Positions 1-13,062 are shown, counted from the first letter of the stretch. The stretch is 64,000 nucleotides of DNA from Mobula birostris (GCF_030028105.1 NC_092385.1:42271433-42335432); one strand, 5' to 3'. Numbers and translations: made by a program. Notes: a model not told the origin generated them from the letters alone.

Positions 1-1600
1 CAACAAACAATCAGCCAAAGGAACTTAGTGGGGTCAGCAACATCTGTGGGGGAAGTGGCTTTGCATTCGGGTTAAGAATGGGTAGAGGGCATAGTGTAAC
101 AAGAGGAGGCCTTATCAGGGAGCATGGAATGCTGTGGATGAGGTTATTTATTGATTGATTGATTTATTGAGATACTTCGTGGAATTGGCTCCCCCTGCCC
201 TTTGAGCCACGCTGCCCCATAATCCTCCGATTTAATTCTAGCCTAATCATGAGACAATTTACGATGACCAATTAACCGACCAACTGGTACGTCTTTGGAC
301 TGTGGGAGGAAACCGGAGCATGGGGAAGAAACCCATGCAGTCATAGGGAGAATGCATATGCAGTAGGGGGAAATGAGCTTGGGTCACCTGTACTGTAAAG
401 CATTGTACTAACCTCAATGCTAAGCACAATGCTGTTATTCCACGAAGGATGCATCAGTGATTCTTTGCCTCACTTGGAAGGCACAAGGGAAGAGAGAAAG
501 GGAGCAGGTGTTGCACCTCCAATAGTTGCAAAGGGAAATGTCAGTGGCTAGGGAGCTTGGATGGGGTATGAACCAAGGAGTCATGGAGGCAGTGTTCCTT
601 GTGCAAGGTGAAAACCAGTGGGAAGAATAAAAGATGTGGCTGATGTTGGGATCTCATTACTGATGGTGGAAACAACAAAGGATGATATGCCGAACAGGAG
701 GCTAGTAGGGTGAAAACTGAGGACCAAGGGCACTCTACTTCTATTCCCTCCTCTGGAGGGGTGGGGATTAGGTGAGAGCAGAAGTTCACAAAGCAGGATA
801 AGTGAGGGAGGACTCCATCGATCACAGTAAAAGTAAGCCACATCTCCCGAAAAATGATCATTCAAATGTCCTGTCACAGAAGGTCTGGCTTAAGGACAGA
901 TATGGTAGAGATGGACAAACAGTGAGGAAGGAATGGCATTCTTACAGGAGACAAAATGGGAAGTAATATTGTTGACGTCACTGGCAGAGTAATTTAGGAT
1001 ATAGTAAGCACCAAAGGCTAATTTGTCTCCCAAAATGGAGACAATGGGTTCTAAGCACAGAATTGTTGAAAATGGTCCAAATGAATTTGAAAGTAGGGTG
1101 TAAATTAGTAACTAAGGTAATAAAATGTATGAGATCCTTTTGGGAGCAAGAATCAACACCAAAGCAACTGTTGATTTTATGGAGGAGTAAGTAGTGGTAG
1201 CAGAGATGGTTTGGAACCAGGATTGTTTCATGCAGCCAAAAGAAAAGAGGTTGGCTAAGGCCAACCAGGTGCCCAATAGTGACACTTTGAACTGCAGGAG
1301 CTGAGAGAAGTCAAAAGAGAAGCTGTTCAGGGCAAGAAGACTTCATCTAGTTGATGCAAGTGTTTGGTAAGGAAAAGTAGTTGTATCTCTGTTGCAGAAG
1401 GATGTGAGGGTTTTACCACCTTGCTGATTGTGGATGGAGATGTATAAAGAATGGAAATGTATCATGAAGATGAAGCAGTGAGGACTAGGGAATCAGAAGT
1501 TGTCAAAATGATGACGGGTATATGAAATGTCATGGATGTAGGTGGGAAGGGAATGGATAAGGGGAGGCAGGAAAGAGTTAAGTTATGAGACGATAAAATT
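1..1600 (-). mobile_element. Old, decayed Penelope-like retroelement (RT region and 3' end), interrupted by a SINE at ~146-420
   Basis: Minus-strand translation gives degenerate Penelope RT motifs: SLYTSI-like at ~1430-1470, LNNFSF..GVAMG-like at ~1270-1340 and a YIDD-position relic at ~1160-1185. The 581-877 ORF contains PHPSRGGNRSRVPLVLSFHPTS, matching the younger copy at 33913-34119 (RNRVPLVLTYHPTS). Confidence 0.75.
146..420 (-). mobile_element. tRNA-derived V-domain SINE (HE1-like)
   Basis: Reverse complement of the V-domain core (gtctttggactgtgggaggaaaccggagca at ~291-320), with a short (ttga/ttta)n tail at ~146-170. Confidence 0.8.
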
Positions 1601-2180
1601 GCATTTTAAGTTCTTACTACTTTGTAAAAGGTTAAGTGAACATCGTATTTTTTTCTTTCTTATTCTTTGGTGCAAGTTTTAAATCATATCTCCAGGATTG
1701 TGGAATCCCCTTAAAATAATGTTTAGAAGCAGACAACATCAAGAAAGGAAAGCATTACAGTAGAGGACTCGTTTGATTTTCTTGGGTTATCTTCTTTGAA
1801 AGCATCAAGGGTGATTTTCCTTTCTTGTTTTAAAAAAAGTTTTTTGACCTGACAAGAAAGTATAAGAATTCTGATATTTCATTCACAACATGTGCTTAAC
1901 ATTTTGTACCAGATTATTTAAGTGGTACCAGTTTCTGTATTGAACAAGCATATCCATTACCTGGAGCTAGTGCATTAAATAACAGAAAAAAACAATATAA
2001 CCAATTACATGAATTAAGATCTTGTTACACTTTTAATAACTTGCTTTCAGAAATGAAACAATTACTTGCTGCCCCTACAAGTCAGGATCTCTTTTTAAAA
2101 ACAAATTAATAGAAACACAACAATTACACATTTTGCGACCAAAGGAACCTTGAGCTTCAGCTTGAACAAAGGACTCAGAT

Positions 2181-2710
2181 ATTTTCCTATCCTGGCCTTC
2201 CTCCACTGGCTGCCAGTATGGTTCAGAATTGATTTTAAGATTCTCCTGTTTGTTTGCAAAGCCCTAAATGGGCTGGTTCCCCCTTATGTCACAGGCCTTC
2301 TAACCCGTTATTCTACTTCCAGGTCCCTCAGGTCGGCTGACCTGGGGCTCCTGGCTGTCCCGTAATCTAAACTTAAGCTCAGGGGTGACCGCGCTTTTGC
2401 AATTGTAGCCCCTGGGCCGTGGAACAGCATTCCCCTCCCTATCAGATCTGCCTCCTCCATCGACTCTTTCAAATCCAGGCTCAAATCTTACTTTTATTCA
2501 CTAGCGTTTGAATCCTCCTGATGTGGCTGATTTTCGGGTTGTGCCTAGGCTCTTATGTTGTTTCTTTTGTGCCTATAAGCTATTTGCCTTGTTGGTTATG
2601 TCTGTATTTCTTGTATTTGCAATTTTAGCTATTCTGCTCTGATCTGTACAGCACTTTGGTCAACGTGGGTTGTTCTTAAATGTGCTACATAAATAAACTT
2701 GACTTGACTT
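2181..2710 (+). mobile_element. L2 LINE 3' end (ORF2 C-terminus, 3' UTR, tandem tail)
   Basis: Frame reads PILAFLHWLPVWFRIDFKILL...RSLRSAD...*SKLKLRGDRAFAIVAPGPWNSIP...FKSRLKSYFY, ending at TGA 2519-2521 with one internal stop at 2363-2365. Ends in aataaa followed by cttgacttgactt. Confidence 0.9.
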
Positions 2711-3076
2711 TTCATGTTAGTTTAATACTAATTCATTGTTGTAAAAAAGGGATGAACAGTTTAGGCTATCCTGACTCTAAAACTTCATTCATTCATTTAG
2801 ATATCAGGGCTCATCACTTCAAATCCATTGACTTATCTATTTTCTTCCCTTATCTACCGAGGTACTTACTGAGCAAAAAATTATTCTTCACGGTTCCAAA
2901 AATTCCAGATCACCCAGGGACAGGAAGACCTCTTCTTAACAATGCTTATTGTATTATGTTAGGAGAGTTTTCAAACAATGAATGAGATCATGAGAAATGT
3001 TATTATTTATGCTAATTTACTCTAAAATATCCAGACGTATAATAGTTTAAGCTGCGGCAAGGATAATCCTTTTGTT

Positions 3077-4785
3077 GAACATGGAATAATACAGCACAGT
3101 ACAGGCCCTTGAGCCCATGATGTTGTGCTAACTTTTTAACCTACTCTAAGATCACTCTAACCCTTCTTTTTTTCCATGACCCTCCATTCACTCTATCATC
3201 CATTAGCCTATCTAAGAGTTCTTAAGTACATCCACACACCACGCTCTGTGTAAAAACCCACCTCTGATACCCTCCACTCTATACTTTCCTCCAATCACCT
3301 TAAAATTATACTTCCTCATATTAGCCATTTCAACCTTGCCTATCCACTTGATGGTGCATCTTATCATCTTGTATGCCTTTATCAAGTCACCTCTCATCCT
3401 CTTTAACTCCAAGGAGAAAAGTTCCAACTTCCTCAATCTATCTTCATATGGCATGCCCTCTAGTCCAAGCAGCAACCTGGAAAACCTTCTCTGCACCGTC
3501 TCTAAACTTTATATAACCTTTCTATAATGAGGAAAGCAGAATGGAGCATAATGTTCCAAGTCTGGACTAATCAGTGTTTTATAGAACTTCATCATTACCT
3601 CATGACTCTTGAACTCAGTCCCTCAGCTATTGAAGGTCAACACACAATGTGCCTTCTTAACAAACCTACCAACTTGCATGGAAAATTCGAGGGATTGATG
3701 AACGTGGACCCCAAGATCCATTTGTTCCTCCACACTGCTGAGAATCCTGACATTAACCTTACATTCAGCCTTGAAATTCAACCTTCCAAAGTGAACTATT
3801 TCACATTTTTCCCTGTTGGACTCCATCCGTATCTTCTCAGCCCAGCTCTGCATCATGTCAATGCCCTTTTGCAACCTATGGCAACTTTTCACACTATCCT
3901 CAATTCCACCAACTTTTGTATTATCTGCATATATATTACCCAGCCTTCCACTTCCTCATCCAGGTTATTTATAAAAATCATGAATAGTGGGTGTCCCAGA
4001 ACAGATCCCTGTAGAACATCACTGGTCACTGACCTCCTGGTAGAATATATCCCACCTACAACCTTCTGTGGGCAAGCCAATTCTGTATCCACAGAGCCAA
4101 GATTCCCTGGATTCCATGCCTCCTTACTTTCTGAATGAGCCTGTCATAGAAAACCTTATCAAATGCCTTACTAAAATCCATATGCTCTATATGCATTGCT
4201 CTACTTCAGCAATGTGCTTTGTCACATCCGTAAAGAATTTAATCAGGCTTTTGTGGCATGACTTGCCTTTCACAAATGATTCTCCCTAATCAGACTGTGC
4301 TTTCCCAAATGTTTGTAAATCCTGCCTCTAAGAATCTTCTTCAATAATTTTTCCACCACAGAAGTAAGGCTCACTGGTCTATAATTCCCAGGGTTAGCCC
4401 TACTCCTTTTCTTGAACAAAGGAATAACCTTGTCACCCTCCAATCAACTGATACTTCTCCTGTAGCCAGTGAGGGCACAAAGATCATTGTCAAAGGTGCA
4501 AAAATCTCTTCCCTCACTTCCCATAATAAACAGGGATCTATCCCAACAGGCCTCAGGGACTATCATAAAGTTTTTCAGAAGTTCAAGCACACTCCTTTCT
4601 TAATGTGTGATTTGTGATTAGTATATCAGCCTGTTTTACACCGTCTTCAAAATCATTAAGGTCCTTCTCACTGGTGAATACTGAACCAAAGTATTCATTA
4701 AGAATCTCCCCTACCTCTTTGGACTCCAGCCACTTCTTTCCTCTACTATCCCAGATCATTCTTGTGCTCACTCTGCCATCCTGTG
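3077..4785 (-). mobile_element. CR1 (HER1-like) LINE, 5'-truncated decayed ORF2
   Basis: Minus ORFs carry CR1 motifs: VTSDVLQGSVLGHPLF, MESNREKCEIVHFG, QRRFSRLL..YEDRLRKLELFSLE..RMRGDLI and EILNEYFGSVFT. CR1-type 3' tail at ~3080-3130. Confidence 0.92.
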
Positions 4786-4999
4786 AGGCATGGGCAGAAT
4801 GAATATTAACTAGTGCAGTTAACAAACATCAAGTGAACCTGCATTTATAATGAATTCCATTTACTTCAACTTAATTGCAGTCTCTCATGTCAACATGATT
4901 AGTTATACAAGCAACAAATTAGTTTAGCTATCTTGGATTTAGTCCATGGAATCAAATTCTAAATGTCACATTGGATTTAAAAGCAAGAGGTAATATGTT

Positions 5000-5420
5000 G
5001 TTGTAACTATAGCACCTCTACAATTGGACTCTGCTGGGCTTACAAATTGGTAGCTTGGTTTTTCTGATGTTTGTTGATTGCTACATGGAGGAACTATAAT
5101 AATAAATTTGAAGGTAGTACCAAGGTTAGCAGTGTGGTGATAGTGAGATGATTGTCAAAAGAGTGCAATGAAGCTCATATGTCCCTTCATTGATTAGGCT
5201 GGTCAGGTGCATACTAAAGTAACACATGGGTTCCAATCCAGAAAGTGTGATAACATCCAAGTTTTTACAACAGAAAGGTCAGATACTCAGAAATGCAGAA
5301 TAATCGAGGTTTTCCTTGTCCACAAATCTGTCAAAATAGCATGGTAATAAATTAGATAGCTCATAATTCAAATACGCCTTCATTGGCTGAGCCATAAGCA
5401 AGACTGCCGTGTTAGAGCTT
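5000..5420 (+). mobile_element. Very old CR1 RT fragment
   Basis: aaatttgaaggtagtaccaaggttagcagtgtgg resembles the KFADDTKxGGVV-coding segment; a downstream FNxEKCE-like relic follows. Confidence 0.45.
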
Positions 5421-5799
5421 TGTGTATATAAAAAGAACTTAGGTAATTCTGCTCAGTTCACCATTTCTATTATTTAAAGTTAGACCTAACCTTTAAATCT
5501 CCCTTCAGTTTCTTTGTCTCAAGGAAAACAAGTGCAGCCTAGTCTGTCTCTGCTCTTACGTAAAGTTCTACAGCTCGGAATCATCCTTGTGAAGCCTGCA
5601 GTGTCATAATCAGAATGGAGATAGAAACATGAGTACGTTATTTGTCTCTTCCACTTTCAATATAATTATGACTGATCTTTTATCTTAACACCACTTTTCT
5701 GCACGGACCCAACATCACTCAGTATCCGAAAGGTTATCCATCTTGGTTTTGAATATACTCAGCAAAAGCTACCACAGCACACTTGACAAGAGAGACTTG

Positions 5800-7660
5800 T
5801 TAACCTTAGTATCTTTTAAGGCATCCAGCACCTCATCTACTGTAAAGCAGACTATCTACAAGAGCTCTCCATTTACTTTTCCTTGTCTGAAGTCTTCCTG
5901 TCTTTCCCCACTTTAAAAACAGAGGAGAAATAATCATGAAGGACCTTCCCCACCTTTTGCAGCTCAACACAGAGATGTCCTCTTTGGTCTTTGAATTCTC
6001 TTTCTAGTTTTTCTTTTTCCATTAATAAACTTTTAAAATGTCATTGGATTATCTTAATCTTCTCTTCCAATGCTTTCTCATGCCCATAATTTTCCCTCCT
6101 GATTTCCTCCTTGACTACACTTCCACACATGCAGAGGTTAACCTCTCACTATCTCACCTTTAAAAGCCCCCCACTTGCCTGTGGTCCCTTCATTTGCAAA
6201 ATTAAAAAAAAACTACTCCTTGATCAAAATCAACCTTTGCAAACTCATGCTTTATACTGTCAAACTTTGCCTTGCTCCAATTTAGAATTTGAACCGATGT
6301 ACCAACTCTGTCCCTTTCCATAAACACCTTGAAACTAATAAAACTAGTGCTTAACTACTGTCACCTCAGACACTTACCCTCCACACATACCCAAGGGTAG
6401 GTTAAGCTTTGCCCTCTCCTTATATGTTTCCTGAGTGCGTGTAATGAATCCCACCTCGTCTAAGCCCTTAACAGTATTGTAATCCCAGTCTACATTAGGA
6501 AAGTTAAAATCCCCTACTATGATCACCCTATTATTCTTACAACTGTGCACAATCTCCCTGCATAATTGTTCTACTTCCTGTTAACTACTTGGAGGCAATT
6601 GTACAATCCCAAAAATGTGATCATTCCTAGATTATCCTTCAGTAATTTCATCTCTGACTACTGCTGTGACATCCCCCTTAATCAAAAATGCATCTCCCCT
6701 TCCCCTCTTTTTCTCTGCTTCTATCCCACCTAAAACAGCTGTACCCTGGAACATTAAACTACTAGTCCTTACCTGTCCTTCCCTGTGTTGTGGAAATAGC
6801 TATAATATCCCAGTCCCATGTAGCTATCCAAGCCTTAAATTAAGCTACTTTACCTGTCAGACCTTGGTTCCTTAAGGTTATTATAACCAGGGTGGGAGTG
6901 GTAATGGAGACAAGCTCCCACTACCTATTAAATGCTCCCAATGGCGTGTGCTTTAAATAGCCTCTGACAACCAAGTCCAGTTCCTGGCCTTCACGTGTGG
7001 CTTAGCTACTAAGCCCAGTAGAAACATTTCTATTAACGGGAGGAAGAGCAAAGGCAAGTTACTGGCACCTTAAAACCAGTTGCTTTGGGCAGCTGGCACT
7101 CGACAGCTCATCTGGAAGGAAAACCCTGAAGTCAAACCTCCGCTGCCTTGCGGCTATACCCAGTTATGGGGAAGGCTTCGAGAGTAAACCCTGAGGGAAA
7201 TATCTGCAGCTGGAGTCCCTAAGGCAGTCCTACATTAAATTCAATGCTGACTGGCAACTCCTGCATCGATGCTGGTACCAAACTGCATTGGTCTCTACTT
7301 TTCCTTTGGGTTCATCAGATGCATGGAGAGGGGGAGCTTGCTCTCCATATCGTACTGCCCAGGCTTGCGTATCCAGACAGCTAGGGTGCAATATCCATGG
7401 TCAACTCTGATTGACAGAAGCTCTCACCTCACCTCACCTGTCAGACTTCTTACATTGAAATAAATGCATTATAACCCAATAAGTTTTCCCACTAGTAGTT
7501 ATATTTTGTCTGTTATGCCAATTCCATTTGTCATTACTGACTTCTGCCTCACTTTTCAGCCTCTTATTTGTGATCTCACCCCTGCCACCATCTCGTATCA
7601 CCAGGAGATCTGCCTACCAGGATATTGGTCCTTCTTTGGTTCCTGCAATGCAGGATAGTC
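5800..7660 (-). mobile_element. CR1 ORF2 endonuclease-region fragment, split by an insertion at 6863-7435
   Basis: ggaaagttaaaatcccctactat is the reverse complement of an IVGDFNF motif. The host sequence resumes after the duplicated acctgtcagac. Confidence 0.75.
6863..7435 (+). mobile_element. Non-autonomous, probably RTE-derived retroelement with 11-bp TSD
   Basis: TSD acctgtcagac at 6852-6862 and 7436-7446, and a (ctcac)n tail. The ggaaggaaaaccctgaagtcaaacc segment resembles RTE 5' UTR motifs (from recall). No recognisable coding capacity. Confidence 0.7.
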
Positions 7661-9039
7661 ACAATCAAATCAATGTAGGTGCCCACTAGAACTCTCCTCC
7701 AAGTTCCTGTTATTTCTGTTAATAAAAGGGCGGTTTCAAAAAATCAAAATTCACAACAACTGTCTCCAGCATGGCCAATATGAAAAAAAAAATACCCTGT
7801 CCACAGAACTAATTCCAAGAAATAACTGCATGTCTGGAATATCAATAGGAATTAGTTTATTCACAATCAATACCCAGATAAATGTGAAGTTATGAAAACT
7901 TATATCTAAATCAGAGGACTGAGTACAGGAAGGAAAAAAATCACCAACTATGGAGAAAAGGAACTATTGATGACTGTTCTGCTCTGTCCTATATTCAGTC
8001 TGCAGATCAGGATCTGCATTCCCATTAACCACAGAGATCATGTGGTTCAAACCTTCAAGATAGTTCCTTGCCATGCATTATATGAATAGGATTGTTGGTG
8101 ATGGAAGCAAATTCCATCTGACATAGTAGTTAAAATGTTGTGAGTGATTCTGAACGTGAGGTAAAGATGTTCCTGAGCTAAATCAATAAATGAAATGTAG
8201 TAATGATTTTTCTCAGGCGGGTTTATTGTCTGTATGCTTCATAATGGGGAGCACTGTTTGGGCATTTATTTCAATTGCTCTGATGTCATGGGCATGATTC
8301 AGCTTTTGACAATATTTTCAGATGGAAATTTAGGATACTCAGATAAAATCAAACAATGGTGAGTAATACCAATGAGGAAATTATTTTACATGGCATGATT
8401 GTTTACTTCTGAAGCAAAATGTCAGTTATATTTTCTGCTTCCACTGTTTTCCTGAACCTAAAGTCAAGAAAAACAGAAAGATAACTCATAACAGATACAC
8501 CACGAGTCAATGGGCAGGCAGCAATGGATATTCTTGAACCAGTGAACTAGATGAGGAGCAAGTGCTGAATAGGATCAGTTTTTGAAGCATTTACAATTCA
8601 GGTTTTCACTTAAAAGCAACTTTCATCTCGAAGTCAAAGTAATTTATGTGAAATCATTCAACAGCAGCACTGCCTTAAGTTACTGCATTTTGAAGAATAC
8701 CGAAGTACGCACCATCTCTCCTTCCAAAAATAAACACTGAAATATTGAACATGATCCAACTGTTAAAGCTTGAAATGAACGCTGTTAATTTACTTACTCT
8801 TAATTCAAATATGTCATATAAGAAAGACAATACTTTAAAAAAAAAAACAGCTTAAGGGGCCACTTTTACAACAATTTGATATGATGCTTTTCATATTGGA
8901 AATAATTGACTGCAATCTCATGGCACAACTTTCATCAAAAACTTCCAGTACAACGTTCACCTGTGTGGTATCAGAACACTTCCATCTAAAATGGCAAATG
9001 AATAAATATCAAGTATTAAGTTTTGTTGCTGTTGGCTAA

Positions 9040-9215
9040 GGCACAAGGTCAGGATACCAAGAAAATCAACTTCTGTTCTTTAAAAAGTCCACATATTCTT
9101 CTGTATTTACCAAAGGCAGACTGAATCATGGTGTGACATGCCAGTAATAAAATGAATTTTGAACAGTGTAGCATACTGTCAGTACTGTGCTTAAGTGTGA
9201 ATGGATTTTCTTTTG
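9040..9215 (-). mobile_element. Deu-domain SINE relic (SacSINE1/AmnSINE1-like)
   Basis: gaacagtgtagcatactgtcagtactgtgcttaagtgt resembles the reverse-complement Deu-domain segment (gacagtgcagcactccctcagtactgcactggagtgt, from recall). Heavily diverged. Confidence 0.5.
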
Positions 9216-9240
9216 GCTGTAGAAATTAAATCTAGCATTG

Positions 9241-9837
9241 AAAGACCATATGACCATAAGTTACAGTAGCAGAATTAGTTCACTTGGCCCATCGAGTCTG
9301 CTCCATCATTTCATCATGGCTAATCCAATTTTTCTCTCAGCCTCAGTATCCTGTCTTCTCCCCATATCCCATCATGCTCTGAACAATCAAGAATGTGTCA
9401 ACTTCTGCCTTAGATATACATAATGACCTGACCTCTACAACTGCCTGTAGCAAAGAATTCCACAGATACACCACTCCCTGGCTAAAGAAATTTCTCCTCA
9501 TCTCGCTTCCAAAACGACATCCCTCTATTTTGAAACTGTGTCCTCTGACCTTTGACTCTCCCATCATAGGAAATATCCTCTCCACTTGTACTCTATCAAG
9601 GGCTTTCACAATTTGATAGGTTTCAATGAGGTCATCCCTCATTCTACTGAATTCTAGTGAATTCAGGTCCAGAACCATCAGATGTTCTTCATATGACAAG
9701 TCGTTCAATCCTGGAATCATTTTCATGAATCTCCTTTGAACCATCTCCAGTTTCAGCACATCATTTCTCAGATAAGGGGCCAAACCTGCTCACAATTCTT
9801 CAAGTGAGGCCTCACCAGTGCTTTATAAAGTTTCAAC
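9241..9837 (-). mobile_element. CR1 LINE 3' fragment
   Basis: ORF 9343-9783 reads APYLRNDVLKLEMVQRRF..RMRDDLIETYQI..RRNFFSQGVVYLWNSL, with a gaccata-repeat tail. Confidence 0.92.
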
Positions 9838-10024
9838 AGGTAAAGACTGAAAATAATTGCTGTTAGATTAACGGTGAATCTAGCATCTCTCACCTTTAGA
9901 AAGGTATTGATCAAACTACAACCTCTGCTATCCATTCATGCATATGAAATTTACTGACTAAGTTACACTGCTCCTCCACAATTACAATTAAACATTTATA
10001 GAGCTTCAATGCTCTATTGTAGTT

Positions 10025-12430
10025 AGTCACAGATTCATTGAGTAATACAACAAGGAAATAGACTCTTCAGCCTAGCTCATCTGCGCCGACCAAAGTGTCT
10101 GCTTAAGTTAATCTTATTTGTCTACATTTGGTCTATGGCACTCCGAACCTTTCACATCATGTACTTTTCCAAATGCCCTTTTAATGCCATTAATATACCT
10201 GCCCCAACTACTTTCTCTGGAAGATTGTTTAATATAGACATCACCATCTGCATGAAGAAATTGTCCCTCAGGTCCCTTTTAAATCTTTCCCCTCTCATCT
10301 TAAATCTATACTCTCTAGTTTTTCATTACCTTCTTCCGGGCAAAAAGTCTATGTGCATTCACCCTATCTGTAACATACTAAATTTTGTAAAACATCGAAT
10401 GAATGCCTGGCAGGTCAAATAATGATTTAGCTCTTTCTGATTTTGTTGTATAAAGGGTCTGTTAGTGAATAATGTTAGCAGAGTGTTTACAGAGTAAACA
10501 CTGTAGGTCTGTTAATGTCTTTAGAATATTTGTTGATAGTAGCTGGTTTCTTTCTTTATCTCAGGCACCATTAAAATGCGAATACCAGTCTGCATTTGGG
10601 CTTATTGTTTATATGCATAAACATTAGTGTGCTCTTGAAAGCCTGCAAGGAATGACCAATAAAGTGTCTGATTAATTTATGAGAGTATGCTGAATGCTGT
10701 GTTAATGGACACACAATATGTTATTTAGGGCAAACATACTGTAGCGAGAACAAAGTATTTGTCTGTCTCATGGTTGCTCTGCACTTGTGGAACTTGTATA
10801 AATAGAAGAGTTTTTCATTCATTCTTCATCAAGGGTTGGAAATCGTGATCAGTGCCTAAGACCTAGGCATGGTTTCATGAGTGACTCCGTATCCGGAGTT
10901 TCCCCGAAAATAGCAGCAATCAGGTGGTAGCTAAGAATTGTGAGCCCCCAAAATCTTTGTGACTTGCCACATAGTATGTTGCATGGTTTATTTGTGCTTT
11001 CCATTTTATGATAACAAATTCAACTTAAGTTACCTTGTTGTGTTTGTACGCTTATTACCACATCTCCTGGTCACTCGAATAGTTAGGTCTGATTAATCCA
11101 GCTCATTACATTCTCTGAGCTCCTCAGGATTTTATACATCTCTATAAGGACATCCTTCATTTTCCTAAAAATCCAAGCCTGCACGACCTCACCCTATAAT
11201 TCAGACCCCCGAGTACTGGCAAAAATCCTTGTACATTTTATTGGCACTCTTTCTAGCTTAATGATGTCTTTCCTAAATCAGTTCATAATATGCAAGTATG
11301 GCCACATCAATATCTTGTACAACTGTAGCATGAAATCCCAACTCTTTTCCTTAGTATCCTGACTGATGAAGGCAAGCATGTCAGGTGACTTCATCACCAC
11401 CCTGTATGCCTGTGATGATAATTTCAGTTAACTATATAGCTGTACTTCTATGTCCCTGTCTTCCATAACATCCGCAGGGTGTTGCCATATAGTGTGAAAG
11501 TCTGACCTCACTTTGGCTTCCGAAAATGCAATACCTCACACATATTTGTATTTGACATCATTTGCTTTTGTTCAACCCATCAAGGCATCTTGTAATTTTT
11601 TACAACCTTCTTCATTTTTCAACAATACTGCCTATTTTAGTATCATCTGCTAACTTACTAACTACTGTATTTCTTCTACATTCTCATCCAAGTCACTTAT
11701 ATAAATGAAAAACAACAAAGGTTGCAGCAACAATCCCTGAGGTGGAAGGCTGTTTCTCAGTCTTCCAAAAGCAACATTCCACCGTCATCCTCAATTTCCT
11801 ACTGTCAAGCCAATTATGAATCCAGTTAGTTAGCTATCCCTGGATCACTCGCAATCTAACTTTGCAATCTAGGCTACCATGTGCAACCTTGTCAAAGCCT
11901 TTTTAACGTTCAGAGATGCAGTGTCTATTGTCTTGACCTCATTTATGCATTTGGTTACCCACTCCAGAGCTTTTAACACACTTATCAGATATAATTTTCC
12001 ACACACAAACTCTTGCTTACAATTCCCACTCAGACCTCGTTGACACAAATGTTGACCAATCCACTCTCATAAAAACCTTCCAGTACTTTAGCCATGTGTT
12101 AGATCCACCTCTCTCCCCTGTAGGTCCTTGGCTTGTCTTTGCTGCCCTTCTTAAATAATGGTATCACATTAGCTCTCCTCCATTTTTCTGAAATGTCTCC
12201 TGGGCTAAAGATAAATCAAATATCTCTGCAAGAGCTTCCACAATTTCTTCCCTAGCCTCTCACAAAGTTAAGGATACTTTCGGTCAGGTTCCGGGGATTT
12301 ATCTATTTTAATACGCTTTCAGGGCACCAATACTTCCTCCATGTAATTTTTATGTACTCCAAAACATTAGAACATGTTATTAATATATTTTATTATATCT
12401 GTAAATATATATTCCTTAGCATCCATGAAC
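10025..12430 (-). mobile_element. CR1 LINE fragment split by a solo LTR (10369-11110)
   Basis: CR1 3' end at 10025-10368 resumes at 11111. tatcatctgctaactt is an antisense KLADD motif and accttgtcaaagcc an antisense AFDKV motif. Confidence 0.8.
10369..11110 (+). mobile_element. Solo LTR (~742 bp)
   Basis: Begins TGTAA and ends TTACA, and cleanly interrupts a CR1. Degenerate TSD ctatc/ttctc. Internal ccaat (~10657) and tataaata (~10797) suggest + orientation. Confidence 0.7.
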
Positions 12431-12914
12431 AATTTAGAGATTTTTTTCTATTTTTTTTTCTCTTGATCAATCTCATTTTTCTATTTCATTTTAGTAAAGT
12501 CTATTTTATTTCCTGCAGGATGTTATCATGCCACCAAACTTCAACAGACTACAGGTTACAAATGGAATAGAATTGAGTTGGAAGCAATTAAAACTATCAA
12601 TTAAATTTATTAAACTTGCCTTTAATAGCACACTATCCTCTGTTTGTGAACTTCGTAGACCTATCAATCTAATACTGAATCTCATACATTAAGCTGAGTT
12701 GTTTTTTTCTATTCATAATCAGATCTGTCTATTCATAAGTCCATTCATCAGATTTTTTTCTCCTCTTAAGAACTGCTTAACCACCTCGGCATTTTGAGTT
12801 CCTTTGTATATATGCTCTGTCTCTTTGTGCTTTGTGAACCTATTAACCAGTGGACTTTATCAACAGCTTATGCACACATTATTCATGGTGACATGTAACC
12901 ATAAAGTTTTTCAC

Positions 12915-13062
12915 CTCTCCCTCACTCTCTTAACAACTTAACTGATTAGCGTTCTCTTTCCCTAGTTCTGATAAAGGGTCTTTCACCTGAAATATTAGCC
13001 CTATATTTGCCTCCCAGCTGATTCCACCCGATCTGCTGAATGTTCCTGACATTTCTGAGTTT
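12915..13062 (+). mobile_element. Old Penelope-type terminal fragment with degenerate hammerhead motif
   Basis: gttctgataaagggtctttcacctgaaatatt...atctgctgaatgttcc is homologous to the termini at ~34930-35015. Confidence 0.55.

Noticed and set aside
3527-4138. Longest ORF in the track (203 aa, +) as a gene
   Set aside because: It is the antisense frame of a decayed CR1 RT region.
8217-8358. Possible + strand exon (tttttctcag ... ATG|gtgagt) with one open frame
   Set aside because: Unrecognised peptide, not frame-preserving and no partner exons; expected by chance.
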